Source of the DNA: a virus
Taxonomy: Duplodnaviria > Caudoviricetes
Length of the DNA stretch: 25,873 nt
IMG/VR virus record: IMGVR_UViG_3300043395_001372
Coordinates: 1 to 25,873 of that record
Strand: one strand, 5' to 3'
The translations under genes and the position numbers were made by a program. Below the pieces are notes generated by a model, which saw nothing but the letters and a program-made list of their open reading frames with translations, did not search any database and had not been told where the DNA came from. Of this stretch, positions 1 to 8,000 are shown in pieces; the first letter of the stretch is position 1, and every line of letters begins with the position of its first letter.

Positions 1-41
1 CTATCTGATTCAGACATTAGGTTTTTATAAATTTTAATCAT
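1..41 (-). CDS. 5' fragment of a leftward gene (MIKIYKNLMSESD...), possibly a 2OG-Fe(II) oxygenase; runs off the window edge
   Basis: Not in the ORF track. ATG at 41 on the minus strand, 6 nt after a TGTTATAAT element (56-48), open to the edge. The N-terminus resembles the 'I.vy.nfls.ee' start of P4H-like oxygenases, but only 13 codons are visible. Confidence 0.5.
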   Translation of the reverse strand, partial: MIKIYKNLMSESD

Positions 42-47
42 ATATTG

Positions 48-56
48 ATTATAACA
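48..56 (-). promoter_or_regulatory. extended -10 promoter (TGTTATAAT), leaderless spacing
   Basis: The + strand reads attataaca; ATG follows 6 nt downstream on the minus strand. Confidence 0.6.
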
Positions 57-317
57 TTCTTTTCTTTATATATAATAGTAATTATCTCTGAGGGAAAGTC
101 CCCCCCTCCCCCCATAGATTTTTTATTCGTATCTAATGGTGGAAGTGAAGATAATATCTCTAGTGCAAAGTCCCCACAAACCCTATAATTACTATACCAT
201 AAAGAATTTGTGATGTAAGCCACTAATGTCCGTTTTATACCGTTATGATATACTTTAATTGCTTGTCCTGTGATCCGTCTCTCATACCCACCGATCATGG
301 GGCAAGTCTATTTTTCA

Positions 318-326
318 TGGTATAAT
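318..326 (+). promoter_or_regulatory. extended -10 promoter (TGGTATAAT)
   Basis: Perfect TGnTATAAT, 9 nt before ATG 336; no Shine-Dalgarno (SD). Confidence 0.65.
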
Positions 327-335
327 CTTTCTATT

Positions 336-734
336 ATGGCAAACCTCTGTGCACCCGAAATTTTTGGCGCTGATCCAGTTACAATTCAATGGCGTGTTGT
401 TCGTGGTGACACAGGAACATTAAGAGTAGAATTTAAAGAAGCAGATGAAGTAGAACCTTATAATACAGAAGGCTGGGTTTATCGTTGTACAGCATACGAT
501 CAATCTGGAAATGTATTAGATGCTTTAGATTGTGAACCAGGAGAAGGATTTGTAGATATTACTGCTTATGCTTCAGTTACTAAGAACTGGGGAAGTGGTT
601 ATAAGGCTACCGTCGCAGAATTGCCTTTTGATGTGCAGGTAATTATTCCAGAAGAAATAGAAGACATTGTTTGGACACCAGTTGTTGGAACAATTTATGT
701 TATCGGTGATGTAACACCAGGAGGTACTTTATAA
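336..734 (+). CDS. virion structural protein, BppU-N/Ig-like adaptor (paralog 1 of 3)
   Basis: Start moved from 270 to ATG 336 because the promoter lies inside the longer ORF. The WRVVRGDTGTLRV and FDVQV...WT...GTIYVIGDVT motifs are shared with 2342..2740 and 7343..7732. Confidence 0.7.
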   Translation: MANLCAPEIFGADPVTIQWRVVRGDTGTLRVEFKEADEVEPYNTEGWVYRCTAYDQSGNVLDALDCEPGEGFVDITAYASVTKNWGSGYKATVAELPFDVQVIIPEEIEDIVWTPVVGTIYVIGDVTPGGTL

Positions 735-1582
735 TGGCAGTTATTAAAATTGTTCCTATGCCAGGTGCAAAGGGAGACAAGGGTGACGATGGTGCAACAG
801 GTGCACAAGGACCACAAGGACCTATTGGTGTGACAGGACCAGCAGGTGCAGATGCAGCATGGTATTACAATGGAGCATACAATCCTGGAGCATCATATGT
901 AGTTGGAGATGTTGTAACTTATGACGGACAAACCTGGTATCGTAAAAATGCAAATGGCGGTAATGTTGGAGATACCCCATCTGAAGGTTTATTTTGGGAT
1001 TTAATTGCAGCAAAAGGTGAACAAGGATTAACTGGATTAGAAGGAGAACAAGGTCCACAAGGAGAACCAGGACCACAAGGAGAAGTTGGTCCACAAGGTG
1101 AGCCAGGTCCACAAGGTGAGCCAGGAAATAGTGATGCATCAAATATGGTTAGATATTCTCCAAACTTCACTGCAACTGGTTTAACGTTTACTGGTACAGG
1201 AACAACTTATCCAACATATAATTCATATTACGTTAAGAATGGCAAGATAGTTAGTTTTGTTATTGAGGTTGATTGTTCTACCGTGACAAATTTTGGTACT
1301 GGTCAATATAAATTACAACTTCCATTTACTCCAGCGATTGGATTTAATCACTTTAGTGGTTGGGCACAAATAGACATTGCAGTAAATCCAGATGTAACAA
1401 ATGGTCACGTAATTCTTAATGTAGATCATGCTGGAATTACAGATATTCTTGACTTGCATTATTTAAAGCAAGCAGGTGGAGCACATACTCCAATTATTGA
1501 GGGATTGTTTTTACAGGGTACACCAGTAACATTAACAACATCAAGCAAGATTTATGTTAATGGAACATATATTTGTCAATAA
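734..1582 (+). CDS. collagen-like fibre protein with a CBM5/12-like module
   Basis: Two Gly-X-Y runs (about 10 and 13 triplets) flank [21 protein letters not shown]; beta-rich C-terminal domain; start overlaps the previous stop (TAATG). Confidence 0.8.
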   Translation: MAVIKIVPMPGAKGDKGDDGATGAQGPQGPIGVTGPAGADAAWYYNGAYNPGASYVVGDVVTYDGQTWYRKNANGGNVGDTPSEGLFWDLIAAKGEQGLTGLEGEQGPQGEPGPQGEVGPQGEPGPQGEPGNSDASNMVRYSPNFTATGLTFTGTGTTYPTYNSYYVKNGKIVSFVIEVDCSTVTNFGTGQYKLQLPFTPAIGFNHFSGWAQIDIAVNPDVTNGHVILNVDHAGITDILDLHYLKQAGGAHTPIIEGLFLQGTPVTLTTSSKIYVNGTYICQ

Positions 1583-1587
1583 TACCG

Positions 1588-1596
1588 TGAGATAAT
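1588..1596 (+). promoter_or_regulatory. extended -10-like element (TGAGATAAT)
   Basis: One mismatch to TGnTATAAT, 6 nt before ATG 1603, no SD. Confidence 0.45.
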
Positions 1597-1602
1597 AACT
1601 CA

Positions 1603-2325
1603 ATGGCTGTATCCAAATCCATGGACTTTCCAAACAGCAGTAAGAAATCTTCTTATGCTGCACAAGTTGTAGAAACACAAACAACAAATACTGATGTATT
1701 AATTAACTATGTTCCTGTTCCTGGCCCTATGGGGCCTCAAGGACCTGCTGGACCTATTGGACCTTCGGGACCTGCTGGAAAGGACGGGATTCAAGGTCCC
1801 AAAGGCGAGAGAGGTACACCTGGTAAAGATGGTCTAAGTTCCTTGTCTGCGTCTGGACAACAAGCAGGATGGGCATCATATTTTAATCTAAATAGAAAAC
1901 CAATAAATCTTGGTGTCAACTATGGAGATGATGGATGGGTAAAGGTTTGGGTAGATTCCAAGGGTAGCAATACAAATGAAAAATATCTACCAGAAGGATG
2001 TACCAGTCTTTGGAATGCAGAGCAAAGAATGCTTAATTTTCATGGACTTAAAATTGGATCACAGGTATTTGTAACTTATAATTTTGAACTTACTACTGAG
2101 TCTAATAATACAGAGGTTTGGATGAGAACATTTTTCCCTAAATCTACCACTGAAATTTCACAGTTTGTAGCATCATTAAAATACCAATATGTCTACAATA
2201 TGTATGTAACACAACATTTTTTTATAGAAGACAACGTTATGTGGAACTCTGGGGCGGTACCTCAAATTAGAACCGATTATGACTCATCCGTAATTATGAA
2301 TTCCATATACGTCAGCGTGGTATAA
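1603..2325 (+). CDS. collagen-like virion protein
   Basis: About 13 Gly-X-Y triplets (GPMGPQGPAGPIGPS...) followed by a globular beta-rich domain. Confidence 0.8.
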   Translation: MAVSKSMDFPNSSKKSSYAAQVVETQTTNTDVLINYVPVPGPMGPQGPAGPIGPSGPAGKDGIQGPKGERGTPGKDGLSSLSASGQQAGWASYFNLNRKPINLGVNYGDDGWVKVWVDSKGSNTNEKYLPEGCTSLWNAEQRMLNFHGLKIGSQVFVTYNFELTTESNNTEVWMRTFFPKSTTEISQFVASLKYQYVYNMYVTQHFFIEDNVMWNSGAVPQIRTDYDSSVIMNSIYVSVV

Positions 2326-2326
2326 T
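2318..2326 (+). promoter_or_regulatory. extended -10 promoter overlapping the stop codon of the upstream gene
   Basis: GTG GTA TAA T contains TGGTATAAT; followed by SD GAGGAGG and ATG 2342. Confidence 0.6.
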
Positions 2327-2341
2327 TTACGAGGAGGAACT

Positions 2342-2740
2342 ATGGCATTTCCAGGAACATATAACATAAATTACTACAAAGGTGACACTTATCAATTTCG
2401 TGTATACCCTAAAAAGCCAGACGGCTTGCCATTTCCATTAACATCTTATAATTTAGAAGATGACCCATTAACTACTGGAGAGGTAGAAGGAGTCATTTTT
2501 GCATTTGCACAATCACGAGGCGGAAGTTCTGCCCCAGGATGGCATAAATGTTTAGCAGAAATTTCTGATGAAGGAGATTATGTTTTGTGCACAATTAGAC
2601 CAGAAGATGGATTAACTATGGATGCATCAAAAGATTATGTTTATGACGTTCAGGTAAGAAAACCAGGAGTAGATTATCCACAAGTATTAACTTTATTAAC
2701 TGGAACAATTAATGTTACAGAACAGGTAGCAGATAAATAA
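2342..2740 (+). CDS. virion structural protein, BppU-N/Ig-like adaptor (paralog 2 of 3)
   Basis: YYKGDTYQFRV and YDVQV...LTLLTGTINVTEQV motifs; strong SD. Confidence 0.7.
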   Translation: MAFPGTYNINYYKGDTYQFRVYPKKPDGLPFPLTSYNLEDDPLTTGEVEGVIFAFAQSRGGSSAPGWHKCLAEISDEGDYVLCTIRPEDGLTMDASKDYVYDVQVRKPGVDYPQVLTLLTGTINVTEQVADK

Positions 2741-3306
2741 TGACAGATGACGTATTGGTTTTGGGTGGTCCAGATACAGTTAATGTAGAGGTAGATTTTG
2801 GAGATAAAGGAGATCGTGGTAGTTTAATTTTTGTTGGTAATGGAAATCCAGATTCTGTAGATATTGGACAAGATCCAAGAGTATTTGATTTATATATAAA
2901 CTTAAAAAAGAATAGTCCAGAAAATGAATATTTAATGCTTTACCAGTACACCTATGGTTTAGGAAGCAGTACTCCGCAATGGCAAACACTTAACAGACTG
3001 ATTCCAAACACTTATAGCACATTACAGGAAATATCTTTTCCAACACAAAATTATTGCAGAATACCATTAAGTTTTATTAAAGATCCATCTTATGTAGGAA
3101 ATCTTACAAGTGCAAATTTTTCAGTACAGGCAACATTGGCAACATCTTCAGGTAGAGCAATTGCAAATTCAATAAAAACCGAAATTGTAAATGATGGCGG
3201 GTCAGATGATTTAAAAATTACTTTTTATGCAAAGGAGTTTGATGGAAGTTCTTGGGTAGATATTGTAGAATCAAGAACAGCCCACCTGCACATTTCGGTG
3301 GTATAA
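2740..3306 (+). CDS. hypothetical virion protein
   Basis: 188-aa ORF coupled to the previous gene (TAATG); short GDKGDRGS motif followed by G.G.P, as often seen at fibre N-termini. Confidence 0.65.
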   Translation: MTDDVLVLGGPDTVNVEVDFGDKGDRGSLIFVGNGNPDSVDIGQDPRVFDLYINLKKNSPENEYLMLYQYTYGLGSSTPQWQTLNRLIPNTYSTLQEISFPTQNYCRIPLSFIKDPSYVGNLTSANFSVQATLATSSGRAIANSIKTEIVNDGGSDDLKITFYAKEFDGSSWVDIVESRTAHLHISVV

Positions 3307-3307
3307 T
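3299..3307 (+). promoter_or_regulatory. extended -10 promoter overlapping the stop codon of the upstream gene
   Basis: GTG GTA TAA T again; followed by SD-like GGGGGTGA and GTG 3324. Confidence 0.6.
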
Positions 3308-3323
3308 CAAGGGGGTGATTTAA

Positions 3324-4373
3324 GTGGCAGCAGAAGACATTGGTGGCATATGGAATGTAAAGCAACCAGGATATGAAGATAAGGCTGATATACAAGCAGC
3401 ACTTAAGTTATTCCTGTATGGAGACTATAATTTTGATACTACAGCCCCGATTGGTGATCAAAAAACAGATTTAGCAAACAATGATGGGTTAGCCAGACAT
3501 TTACAAGATTTAAGAGAAGATGTAGATAGAGTAGATAATCGAGGAATTGGTTCTGATTATTTAACTATAAATCAAATACAAGCAATTTCATCTCCAACTG
3601 ACGGATATATTGTTATGGCATCAGACTCTACTGGCGCAGCAGTTCAGTCAACTTATGGAATTGCTCTTTATCAAAATGAAGAACCAACAACTAACCTAAC
3701 AAACGGAATAGTCTGGATAGATAAAGACTCTGATAGTAAAGATATATATGTCTATGATTCTTCTGATTTTGTTAAAGTAGGAACATATACTGATGCCAAA
3801 GGTGATTTAATTGTTGGTTTTGATCAAGGAATTACTCAAATTTTACCAGTAGGAAGCACTGGAAAAGTTTTAACTGCAGATTCGAGTGCACCTTTAGGAA
3901 TTTCTTGGACTGATTTAGACTATGAAACAAATAAAAATATATCTTCTATGTATTTTGGAAATTACTCAGATACAAGTTTAACTGGAATACAATTAAATGG
4001 TGTTAATGAAAATGGAACATTAAAGACAATTGATTCTGATGATATTGAGTTAGCAATAACAAAGAGTGCATCGTCAACAAAAACAAAAATTACATTTACT
4101 GGTGTCTGTAGACCAACAACAGATACAAATATTGAAGCATTTATTGGATTACAGAGAAAGATTAATTCTGGATCATACTCAACTATAAATGTTGGGTTAA
4201 TATCTAAAGAATTAGTAAGTTCGCATTTTGAATGGCTAGACACTCATAATGCTACAACTGGAGATATTATTACTTATAGATTAATTAATATTACTCCCTC
4301 TGGATACCTTGCAAATGTCATAACACAAAGATTTGGCGAAACATCAGATACTTTTATTGTGGAGGAAATCTAA
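3324..4373 (+). CDS. putative tail/fibre protein
   Basis: 349 aa. AKGDLIVG...LPVGSTGKVLTADSSAPLGISW and EPTTNLTNGIVWID are motifs typical of phage fibre shafts. Confidence 0.65.
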   Translation: MAAEDIGGIWNVKQPGYEDKADIQAALKLFLYGDYNFDTTAPIGDQKTDLANNDGLARHLQDLREDVDRVDNRGIGSDYLTINQIQAISSPTDGYIVMASDSTGAAVQSTYGIALYQNEEPTTNLTNGIVWIDKDSDSKDIYVYDSSDFVKVGTYTDAKGDLIVGFDQGITQILPVGSTGKVLTADSSAPLGISWTDLDYETNKNISSMYFGNYSDTSLTGIQLNGVNENGTLKTIDSDDIELAITKSASSTKTKITFTGVCRPTTDTNIEAFIGLQRKINSGSYSTINVGLISKELVSSHFEWLDTHNATTGDIITYRLINITPSGYLANVITQRFGETSDTFIVEEI

Positions 4374-4374
4374 T

Positions 4375-5007
4375 ATGGCAAATCTAGCGTCGCAAAGCAA
4401 AGTAGCATATATGTATGATGAAGGAAGTAATTTATGGTACGCTATTGCTGGTGTTGCAAATACCAATGTTCCATATACATGGACACAGGCTCATACTTTT
4501 GGTTCTACAGTAACAGTTAATGATGTTATTAAGGCAAAAGGTGGAGTTAACATATTTCAAAATCCAAATGCTAGAGATGCTGCAATAACTTCACCAACAG
4601 AAGGTACCGTATGTTTTGTAGAGCAAACTAATAGTGGTACAGATATAAGTCAGGTTCAATATTATAATGGAACCAAATGGGTTGGGTTATTGGATAGTGT
4701 TGTTTTTAATGAAAAAACTGCTAACTATACACTTGTTTTAGGAGATGCTGGAAAAACAGTAACAATTAATTCTGGCTCAGATACAACAATTACAGTTCCT
4801 TTAAATTCATCTGTGCCATTTGAAATTGGTCAAAGAATAGACATAATTAGAGTTGGTTCAGGCAATGTTACTTTTAATGGAGCAACAGTAGCAGTTATAA
4901 TTAATAGTAAAAATTCAAATAAAAAAATTGCTGCAAGGTATTCTGGTGCAACCTTAATTAAGTATGCTACCGATACTTGGGTCTTACTTGGCGATTTGAC
5001 GGCGTAG
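4375..5007 (+). CDS. short fibre protein with C-terminal 'TDTWVLxGDL' domain (cassette 1, first gene)
   Basis: Start revised to ATG 4375 (SD GGAGG at 4361). The C-terminal ~100 aa align by eye with the C-terminus of 10626..12944. Confidence 0.7.
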   Translation: MANLASQSKVAYMYDEGSNLWYAIAGVANTNVPYTWTQAHTFGSTVTVNDVIKAKGGVNIFQNPNARDAAITSPTEGTVCFVEQTNSGTDISQVQYYNGTKWVGLLDSVVFNEKTANYTLVLGDAGKTVTINSGSDTTITVPLNSSVPFEIGQRIDIIRVGSGNVTFNGATVAVIINSKNSNKKIAARYSGATLIKYATDTWVLLGDLTA

Positions 5008-5014
5008 GTGTCCA

Positions 5015-6094
5015 ATGCTAAATTCATTATGGACATTTTTAGCAAAAGGTATGGGATCAGTACCCAACCTACTTGGATTAACAAAAAATCAAGCAAGACA
5101 ATCATTGCAGAATGCAGGATTTAATTATGGAACAGAAATAGAAGAGGTTCAAGATAATGAATCTTTAACTGGATTAGTTAAATCACAAGATGTTGCAGCA
5201 AATACATTATTAGATTACGAAAGTACTGTTAACTATAAACTTCACTCATTTTCTTTTTCTCCATTTGGTGTTTTTGGTTTTTCTCCATTTGGTGTTTTTG
5301 GTTTTTCTCCATTTGCTGTTTTTGGTTTTTCTCCATTTGGAGTATTTTCTTTTACACCAGGACCGATAGAGTGTCCTCAGCCAGGAGCATGGTCAGAGTG
5401 GTCTGCTTGGGACATAGGCCCATGGGGTCCATGGGGTGAATGTGAAGCAGATGGATATAGAAGACAACATAGAACATATACAAGAACAAGAACAAGAACA
5501 ATATATACATTAGTATCAGGAAACTGTATTGCTGGAACTGAAACTCAAACAGAAACTATGGACGATGTAAATGTTGAGGTTTGTGGCACTCCAGCCTTCA
5601 ACTTTATGCCAACATTTGCTGTCTTTAGTTTTACTCCAGGATTTAGCGTATTTACATTTACACCAGAACCATCATTTAACTTTATGCCAACGTTCGGAGT
5701 GTTTAGTTTTACTCCAGCATTTGCAGTCTTTAGTTTTACACCAGAACCATCATTTAACTTTATGCCAACATTTGCCGTCTTTAGTTTTACTCCACAGGCA
5801 TTTTCTGTGTTTTCATTTACTCCAGCATTTAGCGTATTTAGTTTTACACCAGAGCCATCGTTTAACTTTATGCCAACATTTGCCGTCTTTAGTTTTACAC
5901 CAGCATTTAGTGTCTTTAGTTTTACACCAGCATTTAGTGTCTTTAGTTTTACACCAGCATTTAGTGTCTTTAGTTTTACACCAGCATTTGGTGTCTTTAG
6001 TTTTACTCCAGCATTTGGTGTCTTTAGTTTTACACCAGAGGCCACTTTTAGTTTTACCCCAGAGGCTAGTTTTAACTTTGCACCCTGGGGCTAA
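5015..6094 (+). CDS. PASTA-like + thrombospondin-1-like protein with Phe-rich FxVFxF(S/T)P repeats, ending FNFAPWG
   Basis: VPNLLGLT...A...L..AGF...G.V.SQ...V.Y fits the PASTA pattern. WSEWSAW...WGPWGEC...RTRTRT with 4 Cys fits a TSR-like pattern. 17 octapeptide units. Confidence 0.75.
   Translation: MLNSLWTFLAKGMGSVPNLLGLTKNQARQSLQNAGFNYGTEIEEVQDNESLTGLVKSQDVAANTLLDYESTVNYKLHSFSFSPFGVFGFSPFGVFGFSPFAVFGFSPFGVFSFTPGPIECPQPGAWSEWSAWDIGPWGPWGECEADGYRRQHRTYTRTRTRTIYTLVSGNCIAGTETQTETMDDVNVEVCGTPAFNFMPTFAVFSFTPGFSVFTFTPEPSFNFMPTFGVFSFTPAFAVFSFTPEPSFNFMPTFAVFSFTPQAFSVFSFTPAFSVFSFTPEPSFNFMPTFAVFSFTPAFSVFSFTPAFSVFSFTPAFSVFSFTPAFGVFSFTPAFGVFSFTPEATFSFTPEASFNFAPWG
5249..5359 (+). repeat. 24-bp tandem coding repeat, 4 x F(G/A)VF(G/S)F(S/T)P
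   Basis: Unit tttggtgtttttggtttttctcca, read directly from the sequence. Confidence 0.95.
5597..6091 (+). repeat. composite coding repeat: 13 x FxVFxFTP plus 4 x FNFMPT with EPS linkers
   Basis: 27-bp units (gcatttagtgtctttagttttacacca) and higher-order blocks, read directly. Confidence 0.95.
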
Positions 6095-6099
6095 ACTAT

Positions 6100-6660
6100 T
6101 TAATTAGGAAATTTGCCTAACCATTCTTTTGCTTTTGGAGTTAATCCTTTCCAAGAACTCCAGTCTTCTCCGCCATTTGTCATTTTATAGGCAATTTGTG
6201 CATTTACAACTGGATTAAATAAGTCAGCATTGTGATCTAAATCATACTTTTTACGACGATCTGGACCAAGCATTCCAAGCATGTTTATTTGAAAAATACC
6301 ATATGAACTGTCTCCAGTTTCAGTATTTCCATTGAATGCAAATGGTCGACCATTACTTTCTCTCTTAGCAATAGCCCAAGCCTCCTTAAGATTTTGACCT
6401 TCAAATCCTACTAATTTTAATAGATTTTTAAGATCTTTATCAGATAGAGATGTAGCATTTTTATATTTTTCTAACTGATCTTCTTTAGCCTTAGAAACAC
6501 TTTTGGCCACTTCCGTGGCCTCAATAGTCTCTTCAAGCGTGATAGTTTTACTATCTAATCGGTTTTCAGAAGCATTGGCAATGTTTGACCAAACGGAAAA
6601 CATCACCAATATGCTGAGTGTTCCAATGATATTCCTATTATTATTCATAAAGTTAATCAT
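6100..6660 (-). CDS. secreted lytic transglycosylase / lysozyme-like (SLT family) protein
   Basis: AIAKRES (catalytic Glu), SYGIFQIN and LFNPVVNAQIA...WSSW motifs. Hydrophobic N-terminus ending ANA-S. Start revised to ATG 6660, which has SD AAGGAGG. Confidence 0.85.
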   Translation of the reverse strand: MINFMNNNRNIIGTLSILVMFSVWSNIANASENRLDSKTITLEETIEATEVAKSVSKAKEDQLEKYKNATSLSDKDLKNLLKLVGFEGQNLKEAWAIAKRESNGRPFAFNGNTETGDSSYGIFQINMLGMLGPDRRKKYDLDHNADLFNPVVNAQIAYKMTNGGEDWSSWKGLTPKAKEWLGKFPN

Positions 6661-6661
6661 A

Positions 6662-6705
6662 GTTTCCTCCTTAGAAACGGAATGACACCTTTTTAAGGGT
6701 GTCAT
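6662..6705 (-). promoter_or_regulatory. two hairpins in the 5' UTR of the transglycosylase; one encloses the SD
   Basis: ATGACACC/GGTGTCAT arms at 6682-6689 and 6698-6705. Minus-strand GTTTC-TAAGGAG-GAAAC spans 6678-6662. Confidence 0.5.
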
Positions 6706-6715
6706 ATTACTTCTA

Positions 6716-6724
6716 AGTATAACA
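6716..6724 (-). promoter_or_regulatory. extended -10 promoter (TGTTATACT) for the transglycosylase
   Basis: The + strand reads agtataaca; divergent from the element at 6750. Confidence 0.55.
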
Positions 6725-6749
6725 CAATTTAGTCAAGGTAGTCAAATAA

Positions 6750-6758
6750 TGATATAAT
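6750..6758 (+). promoter_or_regulatory. extended -10 promoter (TGATATAAT)
   Basis: 8 nt before ATG 6767, no SD. Confidence 0.65.
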
Positions 6759-6766
6759 TACTGTCT

Positions 6767-7324
6767 ATGGCAGATACAACAGATAATTATAATTTAAAAT
6801 TTCCAGAAGCAACAGATTCTGTAAATGTTCATAATGATATTAAAAAGTTAGCAGATTCTGTTGATACAGCATTACAATCTTTAGACGCATCTAATGTTAG
6901 AATAAAGGTTATTAATAAAACATCAAATAATATTTCTGCTGGAAAACCAGTTTATGCTGCAACATGGTTTGATCCTGATTTAAATCAAGAAAGAGGTCAA
7001 AATAATGGAAGAACAGTTATTAAACCTTTTACCTCAGAGTTATCTGATAATTATCCATTTTTAGGATTAACAAAAGAACAAATAAATGCAAATGGAGGAA
7101 CTGGAGAAGTTGTTGTTTCTGGAGTCCTTTCTGGACAAAATATAAATACATCATCTTTTCAAGCAGGAGATCTTTTATATCCAACTTCTGGTGGTGGACT
7201 ATCTACTACTGTAAATGGTGGAGCAATTGGTGTAGTTGCTTTAGCAGCAACGAGTAATGGAGTTATAGTTGTTCAAGCAAAAGGTAATGGAACATGGGGA
7301 GCATTAAAGGCTGGATTAGCCTAA
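6767..7324 (+). CDS. putative virion fibre/decoration protein
   Basis: TTDNYNLKFP...D...DIKKLADSVD resembles a fibre N-terminus; Gly-rich beta C-terminal domain. Confidence 0.6.
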   Translation: MADTTDNYNLKFPEATDSVNVHNDIKKLADSVDTALQSLDASNVRIKVINKTSNNISAGKPVYAATWFDPDLNQERGQNNGRTVIKPFTSELSDNYPFLGLTKEQINANGGTGEVVVSGVLSGQNINTSSFQAGDLLYPTSGGGLSTTVNGGAIGVVALAATSNGVIVVQAKGNGTWGALKAGLA

Positions 7325-7327
7325 ATA

Positions 7328-7336
7328 TGATATAAT
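7328..7336 (+). promoter_or_regulatory. extended -10 promoter (TGATATAAT)
   Basis: 6 nt before ATG 7343, no SD. Confidence 0.65.
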
Positions 7337-7342
7337 CGACAT

Positions 7343-7732
7343 ATGGCTACCTTCCGAAATCAACCCACAGACTCATATGCTTTAGGTTCTGCTCCACCAG
7401 AAGTTCGTTGGACGGTAGTTAGAGGAGACTCTGCAGCATTTAGAGTTTATGTAACAAACGATGCAAGAGAGCCACTATATTTAAATGATTGGGAAATTGC
7501 AATGGACATTTATCGTCCATCTACTAGTCAAGTTATAGTTTCATTATCACCAGAACCAATTGAATTTCAAGACTCAGAAGGAACATTTACAGTTAACTTA
7601 ACATCTTCACAATCAGAACTTTTAGAGACAGGAGATATCTTTGACATTCAACTCACAGAACTTTTGTCTGAGGGAAGAGTCTGGACGGTAGCCAAAGGAT
7701 CAATGGTTATCCTTGAAGATGTTACGCAATGA
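7343..7732 (+). CDS. virion structural protein, BppU-N/Ig-like adaptor (paralog 3 of 3)
   Basis: VRWTVVRGDSAAFRV and FDIQL...VWTVAKGSMVILEDVT motifs. Confidence 0.7.
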   Translation: MATFRNQPTDSYALGSAPPEVRWTVVRGDSAAFRVYVTNDAREPLYLNDWEIAMDIYRPSTSQVIVSLSPEPIEFQDSEGTFTVNLTSSQSELLETGDIFDIQLTELLSEGRVWTVAKGSMVILEDVTQ

Positions 7733-7977
7733 GCAATTATAATTTAATCCCAGTAAATCAAGAAGTTTTTAATACAACTCATAAAAAAGCACATGCACAA
7801 ATTAAAGAACTTGATAAAAGATATATCAGAATAGATCATATACAACCAAAAGCAAGAATTGAAGAAGTTTTACCTTTTCGTGTACAGTTTATCAATGTTA
7901 GCGTGTTTGGGTATTCAAAAAATAATCCACCCCCAATACCGCTTCAAATTATTGGATATAGTAATTATATTCTATAA
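7729..7977 (+). CDS. hypothetical protein
   Basis: 82-aa ORF with an ATGA overlap to the previous gene; fills the gap exactly. Confidence 0.65.
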   Translation: MSNYNLIPVNQEVFNTTHKKAHAQIKELDKRYIRIDHIQPKARIEEVLPFRVQFINVSVFGYSKNNPPPIPLQIIGYSNYIL

Positions 7978-8000
7978 TAAAAAGGAGTTATAATACCATC

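Noticed and set aside
38-298. 86-aa minus-strand ORF
   Set aside because: It spans promoter motifs and the poly-C tract, lacks a ribosome-binding site and has no recognisable protein features.
822-1170. Minus-strand ORFs with PCGPGS or LVDL repeats
   Set aside because: Antisense shadows of the collagen Gly-X-Y codons.
5545-6107. Alternative-frame ORFs 5545..6045(-) and 5571..6107(+)
   Set aside because: Shadows of the stop-free repeat; no SD or promoter, and they overlap a coherent gene.
6661-6705. Longer start (6705) for the transglycosylase, or a known riboswitch in its leader
   Set aside because: The strong SD supports ATG 6660. The leader is only about 50 nt, too short for a c-di-AMP-type riboswitch. 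A leaderless start at 6705 is not fully excluded.
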